From an uncultured virus (IMG/VR IMGVR_UViG_3300020148_000038) (lineage: Duplodnaviria; Heunggongvirae; Uroviricota; Caudoviricetes), in IMG/VR virus record IMGVR_UViG_3300020148_000038: 64,000 nt of DNA. One strand, given 5' to 3'. Both the position numbers and the translations under genes were made by a program. Shown piece by piece: positions 8,792 to 17,490 of this stretch. The notes beneath the pieces were generated by a model, which had not been told where the DNA came from, made no database searches, and was given only the letters and a program-made list of their open reading frames with translations. Numbering within the stretch: the first letter of the stretch is position 1; the number at the start of each line of letters is the position of its first letter.

Positions 8792-9577
8792 ATGATGGTT
8801 GCTGACTCGGCTAAAGAGGTTGTCGTTCCAATTGATGCTGCCGACATATCAATTGGTGACATCATCAGATCTTCTCACTATAGACAGCTTCTTGGTCATT
8901 ACGGCGAAGGTAAAGTGACGGAGATTACAAATGAAGGTATCGTTGTCAATGACATTATTTTGAGTGGTTCGAAAGGGTGGACTTTTTACAAAGTTACAGT
9001 TCCAGAAACAAACATGATAGCGGAGCCGGTATATACCAATAACAAAACCGTTACCGTCCAAAGGGGTGTAGATGAGATTGAGTCTATGGAGTCGATGGAC
9101 GAAATTCGTAAACATTGTAAAGACCTGACAGTAACACTTCTTTTGTCTCTACTCAGAGATGAAAGTTGGGATGTTTTGGCAAAAGCCATCAAGCGTATCG
9201 GTGGAGCTAGAAACCTCGACATATTGTTCTCTAAATACACCGATTTGCAAGGTGTTCCAACAAGCGTGCTTAACCATAATTACATCAATCTGTTTACGTC
9301 GGATGCAAAAGAGAATATGCAAAGGATGTATTACTCCGGATTTGCTGGACTCAAAGGAGAAGAGCGGATTGAATACTGCGCCTCTTTCCTCCTTGCTTTA
9401 TTCCATAACAAGTTGAGCAAAAGAAGAATCGACCAAATAACTATTATCAGAAAAACCTTGGGCGTAGATAAATACTTGAAGTTGTGTCAACTCGACATCC
9501 CGTTTAAAGACATTCTCTTCGTGGCTGAAAATCGTCCTGATGTCGATATAGATGTTGTTGCAACAATGAATGAGTAA
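8792..9577 (+). CDS. C-terminal IDxD-module family protein
   Basis: ends LDIPFKDILFVAENRPDVDIDVVATMNE. Confidence 0.75.
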   Translation: MMVADSAKEVVVPIDAADISIGDIIRSSHYRQLLGHYGEGKVTEITNEGIVVNDIILSGSKGWTFYKVTVPETNMIAEPVYTNNKTVTVQRGVDEIESMESMDEIRKHCKDLTVTLLLSLLRDESWDVLAKAIKRIGGARNLDILFSKYTDLQGVPTSVLNHNYINLFTSDAKENMQRMYYSGFAGLKGEERIEYCASFLLALFHNKLSKRRIDQITIIRKTLGVDKYLKLCQLDIPFKDILFVAENRPDVDIDVVATMNE

Positions 9578-9586
9578 CGCGACCGT

Positions 9587-9742
9587 TTAATCATCAACAA
9601 TGATGCGGTATTTCTCCCAGCCTATTGCGCCGTTAGCAACAGCAATCAGAGCTTTGTCTGCTTCAAGGTTGTGATAATCGAATTCGTGGTAAGTCTGCCA
9701 TTCGTTATCTGGCGTAGTTTTATACATGACAACATATTGCAA
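9587..9742 (-). CDS. 51-aa hypothetical protein (not in ORF track)
   Basis: TTG start after GAGAAAGAAG; QYVVMYKTTPDNEWQTYHEF...KYRIIVDD. Confidence 0.5.
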   Translation of the reverse strand: MQYVVMYKTTPDNEWQTYHEFDYHNLEADKALIAVANGAIGWEKYRIIVDD

Positions 9743-9808
9743 GGCTCGACTTCTTTCTCTTGGCGACTTAATCCTATTATAGATTACTTCTCGTACTAAA
9801 TTCTGACA

Positions 9809-11002
9809 TTAATTCCCATTAGAACAAGTCACTTGTGAAGCGTTCTGTCCGGTTACTGCGGGAGGAAGAACCACAGCTTCGGGATCTGTTGTTTGTGTTC
9901 CTGGATTGGTGATTATAGAGCCGATATTTCCCGGTGCCGTTCCACCCGAAAGCACAATTTTCTGTTCGTTTTTGATTGCATTCATCAGCGCATTCGCTGC
10001 TGAGGTGTTCGGGAACACACCTGACTGACTACCAGAATTTCCATACACAGTTGGATATTGGATAAAGTTTACCTCTTCCAATTCGATATCTTTTAACGTC
10101 AATGCCATTGCTACTAAAGTGTTCAGATTGGCTAGACTTGTGGACAGCTTCACGTTATCTGCGGTCGCTCTTGCAAGAGCATATAGTTTGGTGAAATCGT
10201 TTAATGTGTTGTCGCTTTTTATTTCGCGTACCAAAGCCGAAAGGAACAGTTGTTGATTACTGATTCTCCCCAGGTCGCTTCCATCCCCAACACCATGCCT
10301 TGTCCGTAAAAACGCGAGCGCATCGTTTCCTTGGAGTGAATATTCACCCGGTTCAAGATGAACTCCGGTGTAGCTGTCATTAATAGCTGCGTTCACACAT
10401 ACATTTACGCCGCCAACTGCGTTAGACATCTCAATAACACCGTTGAACTCAACCATAGCTGCATACGGTATAGAAATCCCTGTTAAGTTCTCTACGGTCT
10501 TCACCACGCACGAAAGCCCTCCACGACTCAAAGCCTCGTTGATTTTAACGGAACGGCTCCCCGAACGAGTTTTCCCCGTTTCTGAATTAGTGCATTCCGG
10601 AATGTCTACAAAAGTATCTCTTGGGAATGAAACTGCGGTGATTCCGTCGTGGCTCTCGTTGATATGTATAAGGATATTAACATCATTGAGCGCGGCCGTT
10701 CTGTTTCCCCATCTTTGGTCGCCTTCTCCAGAATCGCTTCCTACGAGAAGAATATTCGCGCCGCCTTCTAGCGCTCCCATCTGCGGGACTTCCCTATCTT
10801 CTGTTTCTGGTTTGGTTTCCAATTCGACAGCATTGCTTTGAATGCTGTCATTTACCGAATAAACCAATATACCACCTGTGATGAGTGTTGCCGAAACCAC
10901 TACAGCCAAAGAAGACATGAGAAACTTACTGATGGTGATAAGTGGGTGATAGCGCTTCTGTGCACCATGTCTCACAGAAGCGACACGGCTTCGTGAAGAC
11001 AT
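9809..11002 (-). CDS. LCP (LytR-CpsA-Psr) family glycopolymer transferase, actinobacterial type
   Basis: N-terminal TM; NILLVGSD, SFPRD, KINEA, ALAFLRTRHGVGDGSDLGRISNQQ motifs. Confidence 0.92.
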   Translation of the reverse strand: MSSRSRVASVRHGAQKRYHPLITISKFLMSSLAVVVSATLITGGILVYSVNDSIQSNAVELETKPETEDREVPQMGALEGGANILLVGSDSGEGDQRWGNRTAALNDVNILIHINESHDGITAVSFPRDTFVDIPECTNSETGKTRSGSRSVKINEALSRGGLSCVVKTVENLTGISIPYAAMVEFNGVIEMSNAVGGVNVCVNAAINDSYTGVHLEPGEYSLQGNDALAFLRTRHGVGDGSDLGRISNQQLFLSALVREIKSDNTLNDFTKLYALARATADNVKLSTSLANLNTLVAMALTLKDIELEEVNFIQYPTVYGNSGSQSGVFPNTSAANALMNAIKNEQKIVLSGGTAPGNIGSIITNPGTQTTDPEAVVLPPAVTGQNASQVTCSNGN

Positions 11003-11070
11003 GTACTGAATTATACAAGCAACAAACTGTTAACGCTATGAATACAGACTCTTGTTATACAGCGTTATAT

Positions 11071-11613
11071 TCAGTTGACATAGATTGTGCTGCCATCGGA
11101 TGTCATGTCGATTTCGTTTTCTTTCCTTGCTGCATCTGCTAGGTCTTTACCGACTTGTCCGAGTTCTTCTCTATCCCAGAATCCAGTTCCATGTCCGTTG
11201 ACTGTATACCAGTAGTCGTGTCCGAAGTTCACAAGTCCGTATCCCGGCTTATCAAGAGCTTCTTTAACAAGGTCTTCATTTTCCGAAACGAATGCAAGAA
11301 CTCTGGATTCTAGGTCATCACGAATGTCATCAGTGATGTCGCTAATTCCGAAAATCCCATCGAGGGGTTCTTCGTCGTCTGTAATAGAGGTGAACAGAGC
11401 ACATTCAATTACCCCATCAACCATTTCATCAACTTCATCGCGTGAAAGGTCGCCTGGGTATCTCTTGCCATCTACTCCATATAGAGAGTTATCTACACGA
11501 GATGGGATGGCTGCTGTAGTGGGGAGTTTGGTTTCATCTACTGAGTCCTTGACATATCGAGTTACCAATACGCCGTTCTTATCAACACGTTTCTCTGGGT
11601 GTAAATTGCTCAT
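11071..11613 (-). CDS. DKNG-leader family protein with GHDYWYTVNGHGTGFWDR domain
   Basis: N-terminus LHPEKRVDKNGVLVTRYVK; promoter TGTC(11641-11638)-N12-TAATAT-N6-ATG. Confidence 0.85.
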   Translation of the reverse strand: MSNLHPEKRVDKNGVLVTRYVKDSVDETKLPTTAAIPSRVDNSLYGVDGKRYPGDLSRDEVDEMVDGVIECALFTSITDDEEPLDGIFGISDITDDIRDDLESRVLAFVSENEDLVKEALDKPGYGLVNFGHDYWYTVNGHGTGFWDREELGQVGKDLADAARKENEIDMTSDGSTIYVN

Positions 11614-11645
11614 GATGTAATATTAGATTCTTCCGCTGACATCAA

Positions 11646-12281
11646 TCAGTTTGCTTGGGCGCTGAATGTACGCCATCTGTTGTAAATGTTTTCGTAGTCT
11701 TCTTGCGCCTCAATGAGTTCTTGACGTTCTTCTGTACAGGATTCCCAAGCTTTAGCCATTTGCTTGAGCTTTCTATGGTTGTTTGGAATGTCATCGGATG
11801 ATGTGTAGCGTTCATTTCCCGCGAAATACTCATTGCCATCAGAGAATTCTGCTACAGACAAAACCGTTCCGTTGGTTGAGTCGCCTGCTCTAGTGAAGTA
11901 GCCTTCTCCATTCATTCCAACATACACATCCAGTCCATATCGAACTTCGATGTCTCTTTGGATTCCTTCTTTATGCTTTAATGCGTCATGGACATAGGGC
12001 GACATGGAATCAGCGATAACGGAGGCGGTCGTGGTCGCAACAGTGAAGTATTCCGAATTTTCTTTGAGGTAGTCTTCGAGCCAAACCTTCTCTTCTAGCA
12101 AGAGTCCGTAGTTATCGGCGGCATCTTCCCAGTAACGATCTAATTGAGGCAGTCTGATAGATGAATGTTGAAGGGCTACCCCGTCAACCCTTTTAGACTC
12201 GGTTGTGGCATCGTTCTTGACGTGCCTGATAACAACTTTACCGTTCTTATCAACGCGCTGTTCGGGGTGTAAATTACTCAT
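11646..12281 (-). CDS. DKNG-leader family protein
   Basis: LHPEQRVDKNGKVVIRHVK; promoter TGTC(12326-12323)-N12-TAATAT; GAAAGAGG SD. Confidence 0.85.
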   Translation of the reverse strand: MSNLHPEQRVDKNGKVVIRHVKNDATTESKRVDGVALQHSSIRLPQLDRYWEDAADNYGLLLEEKVWLEDYLKENSEYFTVATTTASVIADSMSPYVHDALKHKEGIQRDIEVRYGLDVYVGMNGEGYFTRAGDSTNGTVLSVAEFSDGNEYFAGNERYTSSDDIPNNHRKLKQMAKAWESCTEERQELIEAQEDYENIYNRWRTFSAQAN

Positions 12282-12361
12282 GTTGTATAACCTCTTTCAA
12301 CAATATATTAGTCCCTTCATATGACAGTGGTTCATTGTACTGTTTATGATAAAGGTAAAAC

Positions 12362-13162
12362 ATGTCGAATCAACAATCCGGGTTTGGAACTATTATTTTG
12401 CCATCGGGCGAAGCTGCTAAATTGCGTAAGAAGCTGCGCGATTTTCAAATTCTAGAACAAGAAAAATCTTTCGTATATGCACAAAAACTGCTTGATACGA
12501 TGACTCCAGAAGAGAAGAAAGAGATAAACCCGAATAGAACGCTATTTAGACTTAACGCTCATGTTTCCGATATGCAATGGAATGCTGCCAGAATGGTTGA
12601 AAAGCACATAGCTAACCGTGGTGTCAATTCAAAGGTGTTGAAGAAATCCGACCTTCCGAAGATAGAAGCTGCTCGTAAGGTTTTCTATGGAGAAGACAGC
12701 ATCAGAATCGAATTCGAAAATGATGGCAAGAGTGTTTATGTTGATTATGACGGGAATCGTGCCCTAGACAACATGCTATCTCGTCAAAATTCGCTATGGG
12801 ACATATGCAAAGATCACTTTAGTAAAATGAAATGGACTCGTGGAACTGGAGGAATCATCGAAGGTGAGGATGAATACGCGGGAGACGGTAATGTAATGGG
12901 CTTTGGTCCATTAGGCGCTTCTCAAGACCCAAGTATTACTTATCCTTATCTCGATTCATCTGGTGTACGAGTTGACCCGGAGAAGTTCAGAAACCCGGTC
13001 GATTACGAAAAGCTCTATCGAAATCTACCTCCTGGAGTATCTGTTCCTATGGGTGGTTCGGTAGGTCATGTCGGCGGGGGCAGATGTGGACATCCGCTAC
13101 CTCGCGGAGGCTATTGTGGTCGTCCATTTGGGCACAGAGACGGTATTCACAGGAAGAAATAA
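12362..13162 (+). CDS. hypothetical protein with C-terminal CCHH-like motif
   Basis: 266-aa ORF ending CGHPLPRGGYCGRPFGHRDGIH. Confidence 0.75.
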   Translation: MSNQQSGFGTIILPSGEAAKLRKKLRDFQILEQEKSFVYAQKLLDTMTPEEKKEINPNRTLFRLNAHVSDMQWNAARMVEKHIANRGVNSKVLKKSDLPKIEAARKVFYGEDSIRIEFENDGKSVYVDYDGNRALDNMLSRQNSLWDICKDHFSKMKWTRGTGGIIEGEDEYAGDGNVMGFGPLGASQDPSITYPYLDSSGVRVDPEKFRNPVDYEKLYRNLPPGVSVPMGGSVGHVGGGRCGHPLPRGGYCGRPFGHRDGIHRKK

Positions 13163-13163
13163 T

Positions 13164-13191
13164 GTCCATATTGACGGACATTATGTAAGTT
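13164..13191 (+). other. dif-like XerCD recombination site (candidate)
   Basis: GTCCATATTGA-CGGACA-TTATGTAAGTT; right arm resembles the XerD arm TTATGT(T/A)AA(A/C)T, left arm is degenerate. Confidence 0.35.
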
Positions 13192-13262
13192 AATGGAACC
13201 AATTGGGCACATTAACCTCTTTAAAGGAATGGATAGTTTCCAAAAATTCTTTCGAAATTCGC

Positions 13263-13291
13263 TTGACTTTGCTTATTTGTAGTGCTATTCT
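13263..13291 (+). promoter_or_regulatory. SigA-type promoter with extended -10
   Basis: TTGACT-N17-TATTCT preceded by TGn. Confidence 0.65.
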
Positions 13292-13297
13292 TAACTT

Positions 13298-13390
13298 GTT
13301 GTTGCTCCTTAGTTTGTGACAATGGTTTTCCTTTCAAAAATAGTTTCGGTTAGGGCGGGCTGCTGTGGTGGGCAGCCCGCCCATTTTTGT
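13298..13390 (+). ncRNA. candidate ~90-nt small RNA with CU-rich anti-SD motifs
   Basis: bounded by a promoter and an intrinsic terminator; contains CUCCUU and UUUCCUUUC. Confidence 0.45.
13353..13390 (+). terminator. intrinsic terminator
   Basis: GGGCGGGCTGC-N8-GCAGCCCGCCC followed by ATTTTTGT. Confidence 0.8.
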
Positions 13391-13431
13391 TTCCATTGTG
13401 ATATTTACAACTCGGTGGTAATATCCTTTGC

Positions 13432-14625
13432 ATGGGTAGGTATGTTGAGCAATTCCATGAAGGCTTGCCCCACGGACTAGGAAACAAGAAGTCTCGGCGG
13501 GGTGGTACTTATCATGCCTACATACCTGATAAGATGAGCGAGATAGACTTCGTGCCTTCTGAGAAGACGAGCTTTCTTTTATCCAAATCGCACGACGACT
13601 TTTCTCGATTGACCACGCTTATTGGTGCACGTTCCGAGCTTGATTTGTCGAAAGTCTTACTTTTCTCGGAAGGCATTGCATCTTCCCGTATCGAGGAAAT
13701 AGTGGGAACCACTCACAACATCGTGTTGGCTTTCAATGGGAGCCGGAAGCTAACGGATGTTTCACGCCTCATCATCAATAATGTGGAGCAAACTCGACGC
13801 TCTTTTGAGTTGTTTTCCGTAGAGGGTTTTTCTGTTGATGAAATCGAGATTCTTCAGAAGAGCCTACTGCGTAATCCTTCCTATGGTGAGCATTGGAATG
13901 CAATCATGCTGGGTTATCGTGGTGAACAGAACATTATCGGCGGCACCAGCCCGATTGACGCCATCTATGTTCCGCCTATACCAGAGCTTGTTCCCGAATT
14001 GGTTGAAGATCTCGTGAGTTATTTGAACCACAGCACACATGATGCTATTACCAAAATCGCTTTATCACACGCTCAGTTTGAAAGTATCCATCCGTTCATA
14101 GATGGTAATGGACGAACCGGTCGTTCATTGATTCAGGGTGTTATATCTCATGAGGGTTTGTTTCATACTGTACTCCCCATTTCTCGCGTTCTAATTTCAA
14201 GGGGGTCGGACTATTTCGGCGTCCTTAATGAAATAAGAAACGACGGTAAGCCTGATAACGATAAGATGAACCTCCTTGTTCAGTTCTTCTGCATCGTTGT
14301 TTCTGACGCGGTGTATCTGGTCGAAGAGGTAATATCTTGTATCGAAGAACTGCATAGGAGTGTTGATGAGATGTTCGGTTCTGGTTCGGAGGTTGTTAAA
14401 TTCATCTTAAATGGGCTAAGTGCTTCCTTGACCGATGTCATCAAGGAATTCGGTTATGAGTCGTTAGATGTTGTTAGAAAAGCCGTTGAGATTGGATTCC
14501 TGGAATCAAGAAGGAACAATGGGGAGGATTCTTACTTCTCGCCTGAGTTGATTTCTGTTATTGATGGAGTCCCATTCAAAACAAGCAGCTTTACAGATCG
14601 GGTTTTCTGTGATGTCACTAATTGA
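13432..14625 (+). CDS. Fic family protein (AMPylase-like)
   Basis: canonical HPFIDGNGRTGR motif; ASSRIE N-terminal motif. Confidence 0.92.
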   Translation: MGRYVEQFHEGLPHGLGNKKSRRGGTYHAYIPDKMSEIDFVPSEKTSFLLSKSHDDFSRLTTLIGARSELDLSKVLLFSEGIASSRIEEIVGTTHNIVLAFNGSRKLTDVSRLIINNVEQTRRSFELFSVEGFSVDEIEILQKSLLRNPSYGEHWNAIMLGYRGEQNIIGGTSPIDAIYVPPIPELVPELVEDLVSYLNHSTHDAITKIALSHAQFESIHPFIDGNGRTGRSLIQGVISHEGLFHTVLPISRVLISRGSDYFGVLNEIRNDGKPDNDKMNLLVQFFCIVVSDAVYLVEEVISCIEELHRSVDEMFGSGSEVVKFILNGLSASLTDVIKEFGYESLDVVRKAVEIGFLESRRNNGEDSYFSPELISVIDGVPFKTSSFTDRVFCDVTN

Positions 14626-14810
14626 TGTTTCAGGCAGTCACAAAACGTCTGTCGTTTATCGCAAATGGGTTAATCTTTAGGCGAGATTTCATGTTTGAAT
14701 ATGTTGTGAAAATAACAAGAATCTTTGATATGCGATACGCATTCATATCCACGCAAACTGGGATAGGTGTTGATGTTTATCTCGGTTCGCGGGCAACGTT
14801 CGCTAGTTAG
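14622..14810 (+). pseudogene. remnant carrying only a C-terminal IDxD-like module
   Basis: ends TGIGVDVYLGSR, cf. AGIDVDVYLASR (21397..22449) and TGIDVDVYLGY (39443..40414). Confidence 0.45.
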
Positions 14811-15025
14811 TCGAGTTCGATGTAAACCTTCATCACAGCACTGTCTACATCAACGATGTGTCCCAGGAAAACACCACCATCAGCGGACTGCACAATTACG
14901 TCGTGTCCGTTGAGATATGCCTGGTGGTCGTTCTCATTCTTAATAGGGAATGAAAGCGGCGTGACTTCAGTGTTGCGCGCCTCCAGAGCTTCGGAGGTAT
15001 GCTTACTGTTCAGGGTGAGTGCCAT
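14807..15025 (-). CDS. hypothetical protein
   Basis: 72-aa ORF; GGAG SD; TTGACT-N16-TAGAAT upstream. Confidence 0.65.
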   Translation of the reverse strand: MALTLNSKHTSEALEARNTEVTPLSFPIKNENDHQAYLNGHDVIVQSADGGVFLGHIVDVDSAVMKVYIELD

Positions 15026-15124
15026 TTCGGGTGCTCCAATCGGTTTATTGCTATGCTAATTCTAGCATATTTATTCTGTAAGTCAAGTCACTCACTTTGA
15101 AGAGAATGGGGTGTTGATCGAGTT

Positions 15125-15745
15125 ATGATTGATTCGCTACCGAAGGAGTTGGTCATGTCTGCCATTTCATTACCACTAACGCTTAAGCCTGTTGATAATA
15201 TATCATCCGAAGAAAGAGCTACTATCCTTGAATCATTGGGCGATAACTATTCGACCATTGGAACTGCATCCAATCCAGAAGAATGCTTGGAATACTTCGA
15301 AGGAAAGCATGGTGCATGGGTCATCTTCTCCCAAGAGCAACCTGTCGGATTAACAGGTCTTCACCGTTCCTCTTCTCGGGGTGAAGATTACATTCAGACT
15401 TCAACTTACATCTTCAATAAGAGCAGAAAGATGGGTTACAACAACTTCTTAAAGAGGGTCATGGCGCAAGCTTTCATTCATACCCCTCCATTTAAGATGT
15501 ATTGCGTGATTCGAGACTGGAACGAAAACGCCAGAAATTCTGTAGAGTCTGCCTTTCCAGATGTCAAGCCGATATTGGAGACGAGAACAGAAGCTCAAAA
15601 GCTGATAGACCCTGTTGAGCATCAATGGTTCTATGATTTCTCTAAGACTCACAGAAGGGATATTCTGTCGATGGAGAAGCCGATATACAACACCATTACA
15701 ATGTGGTTGAACAATCAGCGTAAACAGCTTTTCAAAGCGGCCTAA
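15125..15745 (+). CDS. GNAT (RimJ/RimL-like) acetyltransferase-fold protein
   Basis: PVGLTGL...STYIFNKSRKMGYN (motif A-like) and IRDWNENARNSV. Confidence 0.55.
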   Translation: MIDSLPKELVMSAISLPLTLKPVDNISSEERATILESLGDNYSTIGTASNPEECLEYFEGKHGAWVIFSQEQPVGLTGLHRSSSRGEDYIQTSTYIFNKSRKMGYNNFLKRVMAQAFIHTPPFKMYCVIRDWNENARNSVESAFPDVKPILETRTEAQKLIDPVEHQWFYDFSKTHRRDILSMEKPIYNTITMWLNNQRKQLFKAA

Positions 15746-16445
15746 AATTTGATGATGCTAATTCGGTGATGGCGATAATGTTAGCGATTGTTTCTGTTCT
15801 GATGAGTCTTACTAAATCAACTGACTCACCCAACTCATAGCCCCGGTCATTCTCTACTAGGTGTGCCCATTCACGCATATTATCTTCGGATAGATTGAAA
15901 CCATCATCTCGAAGATGCTGTATCTTCTTATACTGATTCTCTGTCGCATACATAGAATCGTTAATGTAATATTCTCTCCATATCTTCAAGAATGACTGGC
16001 GGGCGTAATCATCGATAAAAGGTGTTTCGAGAGTTTTTAGTTCTTCGGTGAGAAGTCCTGCCGCCCATGAACTTCCGTCTTCGGATTGAGTGCTACCCGT
16101 GATGCTGATAGACCACGCTTTATCAAGTTCTTTCAGATCGGTTGTCGTTACATCGTAAATGGGTTTAAGAACGACGTTGACATTGAGATGGCGTCCATCC
16201 TTGGTGATTCCTAATGAAGAAGTGGGTAGATGATATTCTCCGTCTTTATAGTCGATTCCACCTTCATCGAAAATCTCTGCAAGAAGCTTTTCGGTCATAT
16301 CGAATTCTTCGTTCCATTCGTCCTTGAAGGACGCCCTGGGTTCGAGTCCAACCACTCGGGAGTTGGTGATGTCTTCTGTCTTCTTGTAGACGTAGGTATG
16401 CTTTCCGTTTTTATCCACGATTGGCGTTTTCTGTAAGTTGGACAT
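15732..16445 (-). CDS. DKNG-leader family protein
   Basis: KTPIVDKNGKHTYVYKK; promoter TGAC-N12-TATACT-N6-ATG. Confidence 0.85.
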   Translation of the reverse strand: MSNLQKTPIVDKNGKHTYVYKKTEDITNSRVVGLEPRASFKDEWNEEFDMTEKLLAEIFDEGGIDYKDGEYHLPTSSLGITKDGRHLNVNVVLKPIYDVTTTDLKELDKAWSISITGSTQSEDGSSWAAGLLTEELKTLETPFIDDYARQSFLKIWREYYINDSMYATENQYKKIQHLRDDGFNLSEDNMREWAHLVENDRGYELGESVDLVRLIRTETIANIIAITELASSNFRPL

Positions 16446-16451
16446 ATAAAG

Positions 16452-16490
16452 AGTATATAGGAATCTGGTGTCACCTGAAAGGTATATTCT
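16452..16490. promoter_or_regulatory. overlapping divergent TG(T/A)C-box promoters sharing GGTGTCACC
   Basis: plus TGTC 16469-16472-N12-TATTCT-N6-ATG 16497; minus TGAC 16473-16470-N12-TATACT-N6-ATG 16445. Confidence 0.75.
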
Positions 16491-16496
16491 TTGAAT

Positions 16497-17315
16497 ATGA
16501 ATAATCAGCTTGTCCCAACTCCGATAGTAAGAAAAGACGGTATTCCAACAACCGTCTACAGACGTCCAGATGATGCCTTAGGTGCATCAAAACGTAGGGT
16601 TAATGATGTTGCGTTGCCCAAGACTGCTACTTTCATGGGAGAAGAATTCAATGTTGTCGATATGAATAATCTTGATATTTCTATGAAGCCGTTCGAGTTT
16701 GAAAGCAAGACAGGCTTTTTGAACACAGGTAGGTCTTTCGAGGCGGAAGCTGTTGTTGACGCCATTAGAGATTACAGCAGCGAGCTTTCTAATAGATTGG
16801 AGCTTGCTTCTGAGGAAATCGACATTCATGAAGAGTTTGGGTTTTCACCACAAGAAAGTGCAGAGGTACAAAAGCTTCACGAAGAGTTCGACAACCTAAG
16901 AAACATCATTAAAGGATTTGGTGTTGTTCGAGAAGAAGAAATGGCTTCCGATTATATACAGAGCGGACTGCTTGTTGAATGGACTGATGAGCTTGACACC
17001 TTGGCTAGAAACTGGCAAGAGACGATGTACACGGATTCTGGAATGATTACTTCGGAAAATGACCTGGATATTCGTGGAGAACAGATCATCGATGAACTCA
17101 TCAGGAATGACTACAGTTTTGATGAATTGCCGAGCAAAATACTCGACACATTGAATCTTGGTAAAGACTCTGAACGTTTTTACGGAATGTCTCTTGACGA
17201 GGTAAGAGAAACCGACGAAAGTATTTTCGACTACCGCAAAATAGCAGAGGCGTTGATTGAGTCCGATAACGTTCCTAGTGCAGAAATCAACGGAACAAAA
17301 TATTACTTGCTCTGA
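16497..17315 (+). CDS. DKNG-leader family protein (RKDG variant), highly acidic, weakly ArdA-like C-terminus
   Basis: LVPTPIVRKDGIPTTVYRR; ends FDYRKIAEALIESD...EINGTKYY. Confidence 0.8.
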   Translation: MNNQLVPTPIVRKDGIPTTVYRRPDDALGASKRRVNDVALPKTATFMGEEFNVVDMNNLDISMKPFEFESKTGFLNTGRSFEAEAVVDAIRDYSSELSNRLELASEEIDIHEEFGFSPQESAEVQKLHEEFDNLRNIIKGFGVVREEEMASDYIQSGLLVEWTDELDTLARNWQETMYTDSGMITSENDLDIRGEQIIDELIRNDYSFDELPSKILDTLNLGKDSERFYGMSLDEVRETDESIFDYRKIAEALIESDNVPSAEINGTKYYLL

Positions 17316-17452
17316 TCACTATCAACACCAGTACCGTTACATGAAGCGCACTTAGGGATGCGCCCGTTCACTGCGGCGTCATAGTATCCGCTTCCGCTGC
17401 AAGCGACGCACTTCTTTTTGGTCGTGCTTTCGTAACTTACCTTAAGCTTCAT
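17303..17452 (-). CDS. 49-aa stand-alone DnaJ-type zinc finger (not in ORF track)
   Basis: CVACSGSG and CASCNGTG (two CxxCxGxG); TTGAAC-N17-TAGCAT-N6-ATG. Confidence 0.75.
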   Translation of the reverse strand: MKLKVSYESTTKKKCVACSGSGYYDAAVNGRIPKCASCNGTGVDSDQSK

Positions 17453-17490
17453 AATTTAATGCTACCAGAACATACTCTGGCGTTCAACTA

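Noticed and set aside
16497..17315. Firm ArdA antirestriction annotation
   Set aside because: Only acidity and a short C-terminal resemblance; insufficient without a profile search.
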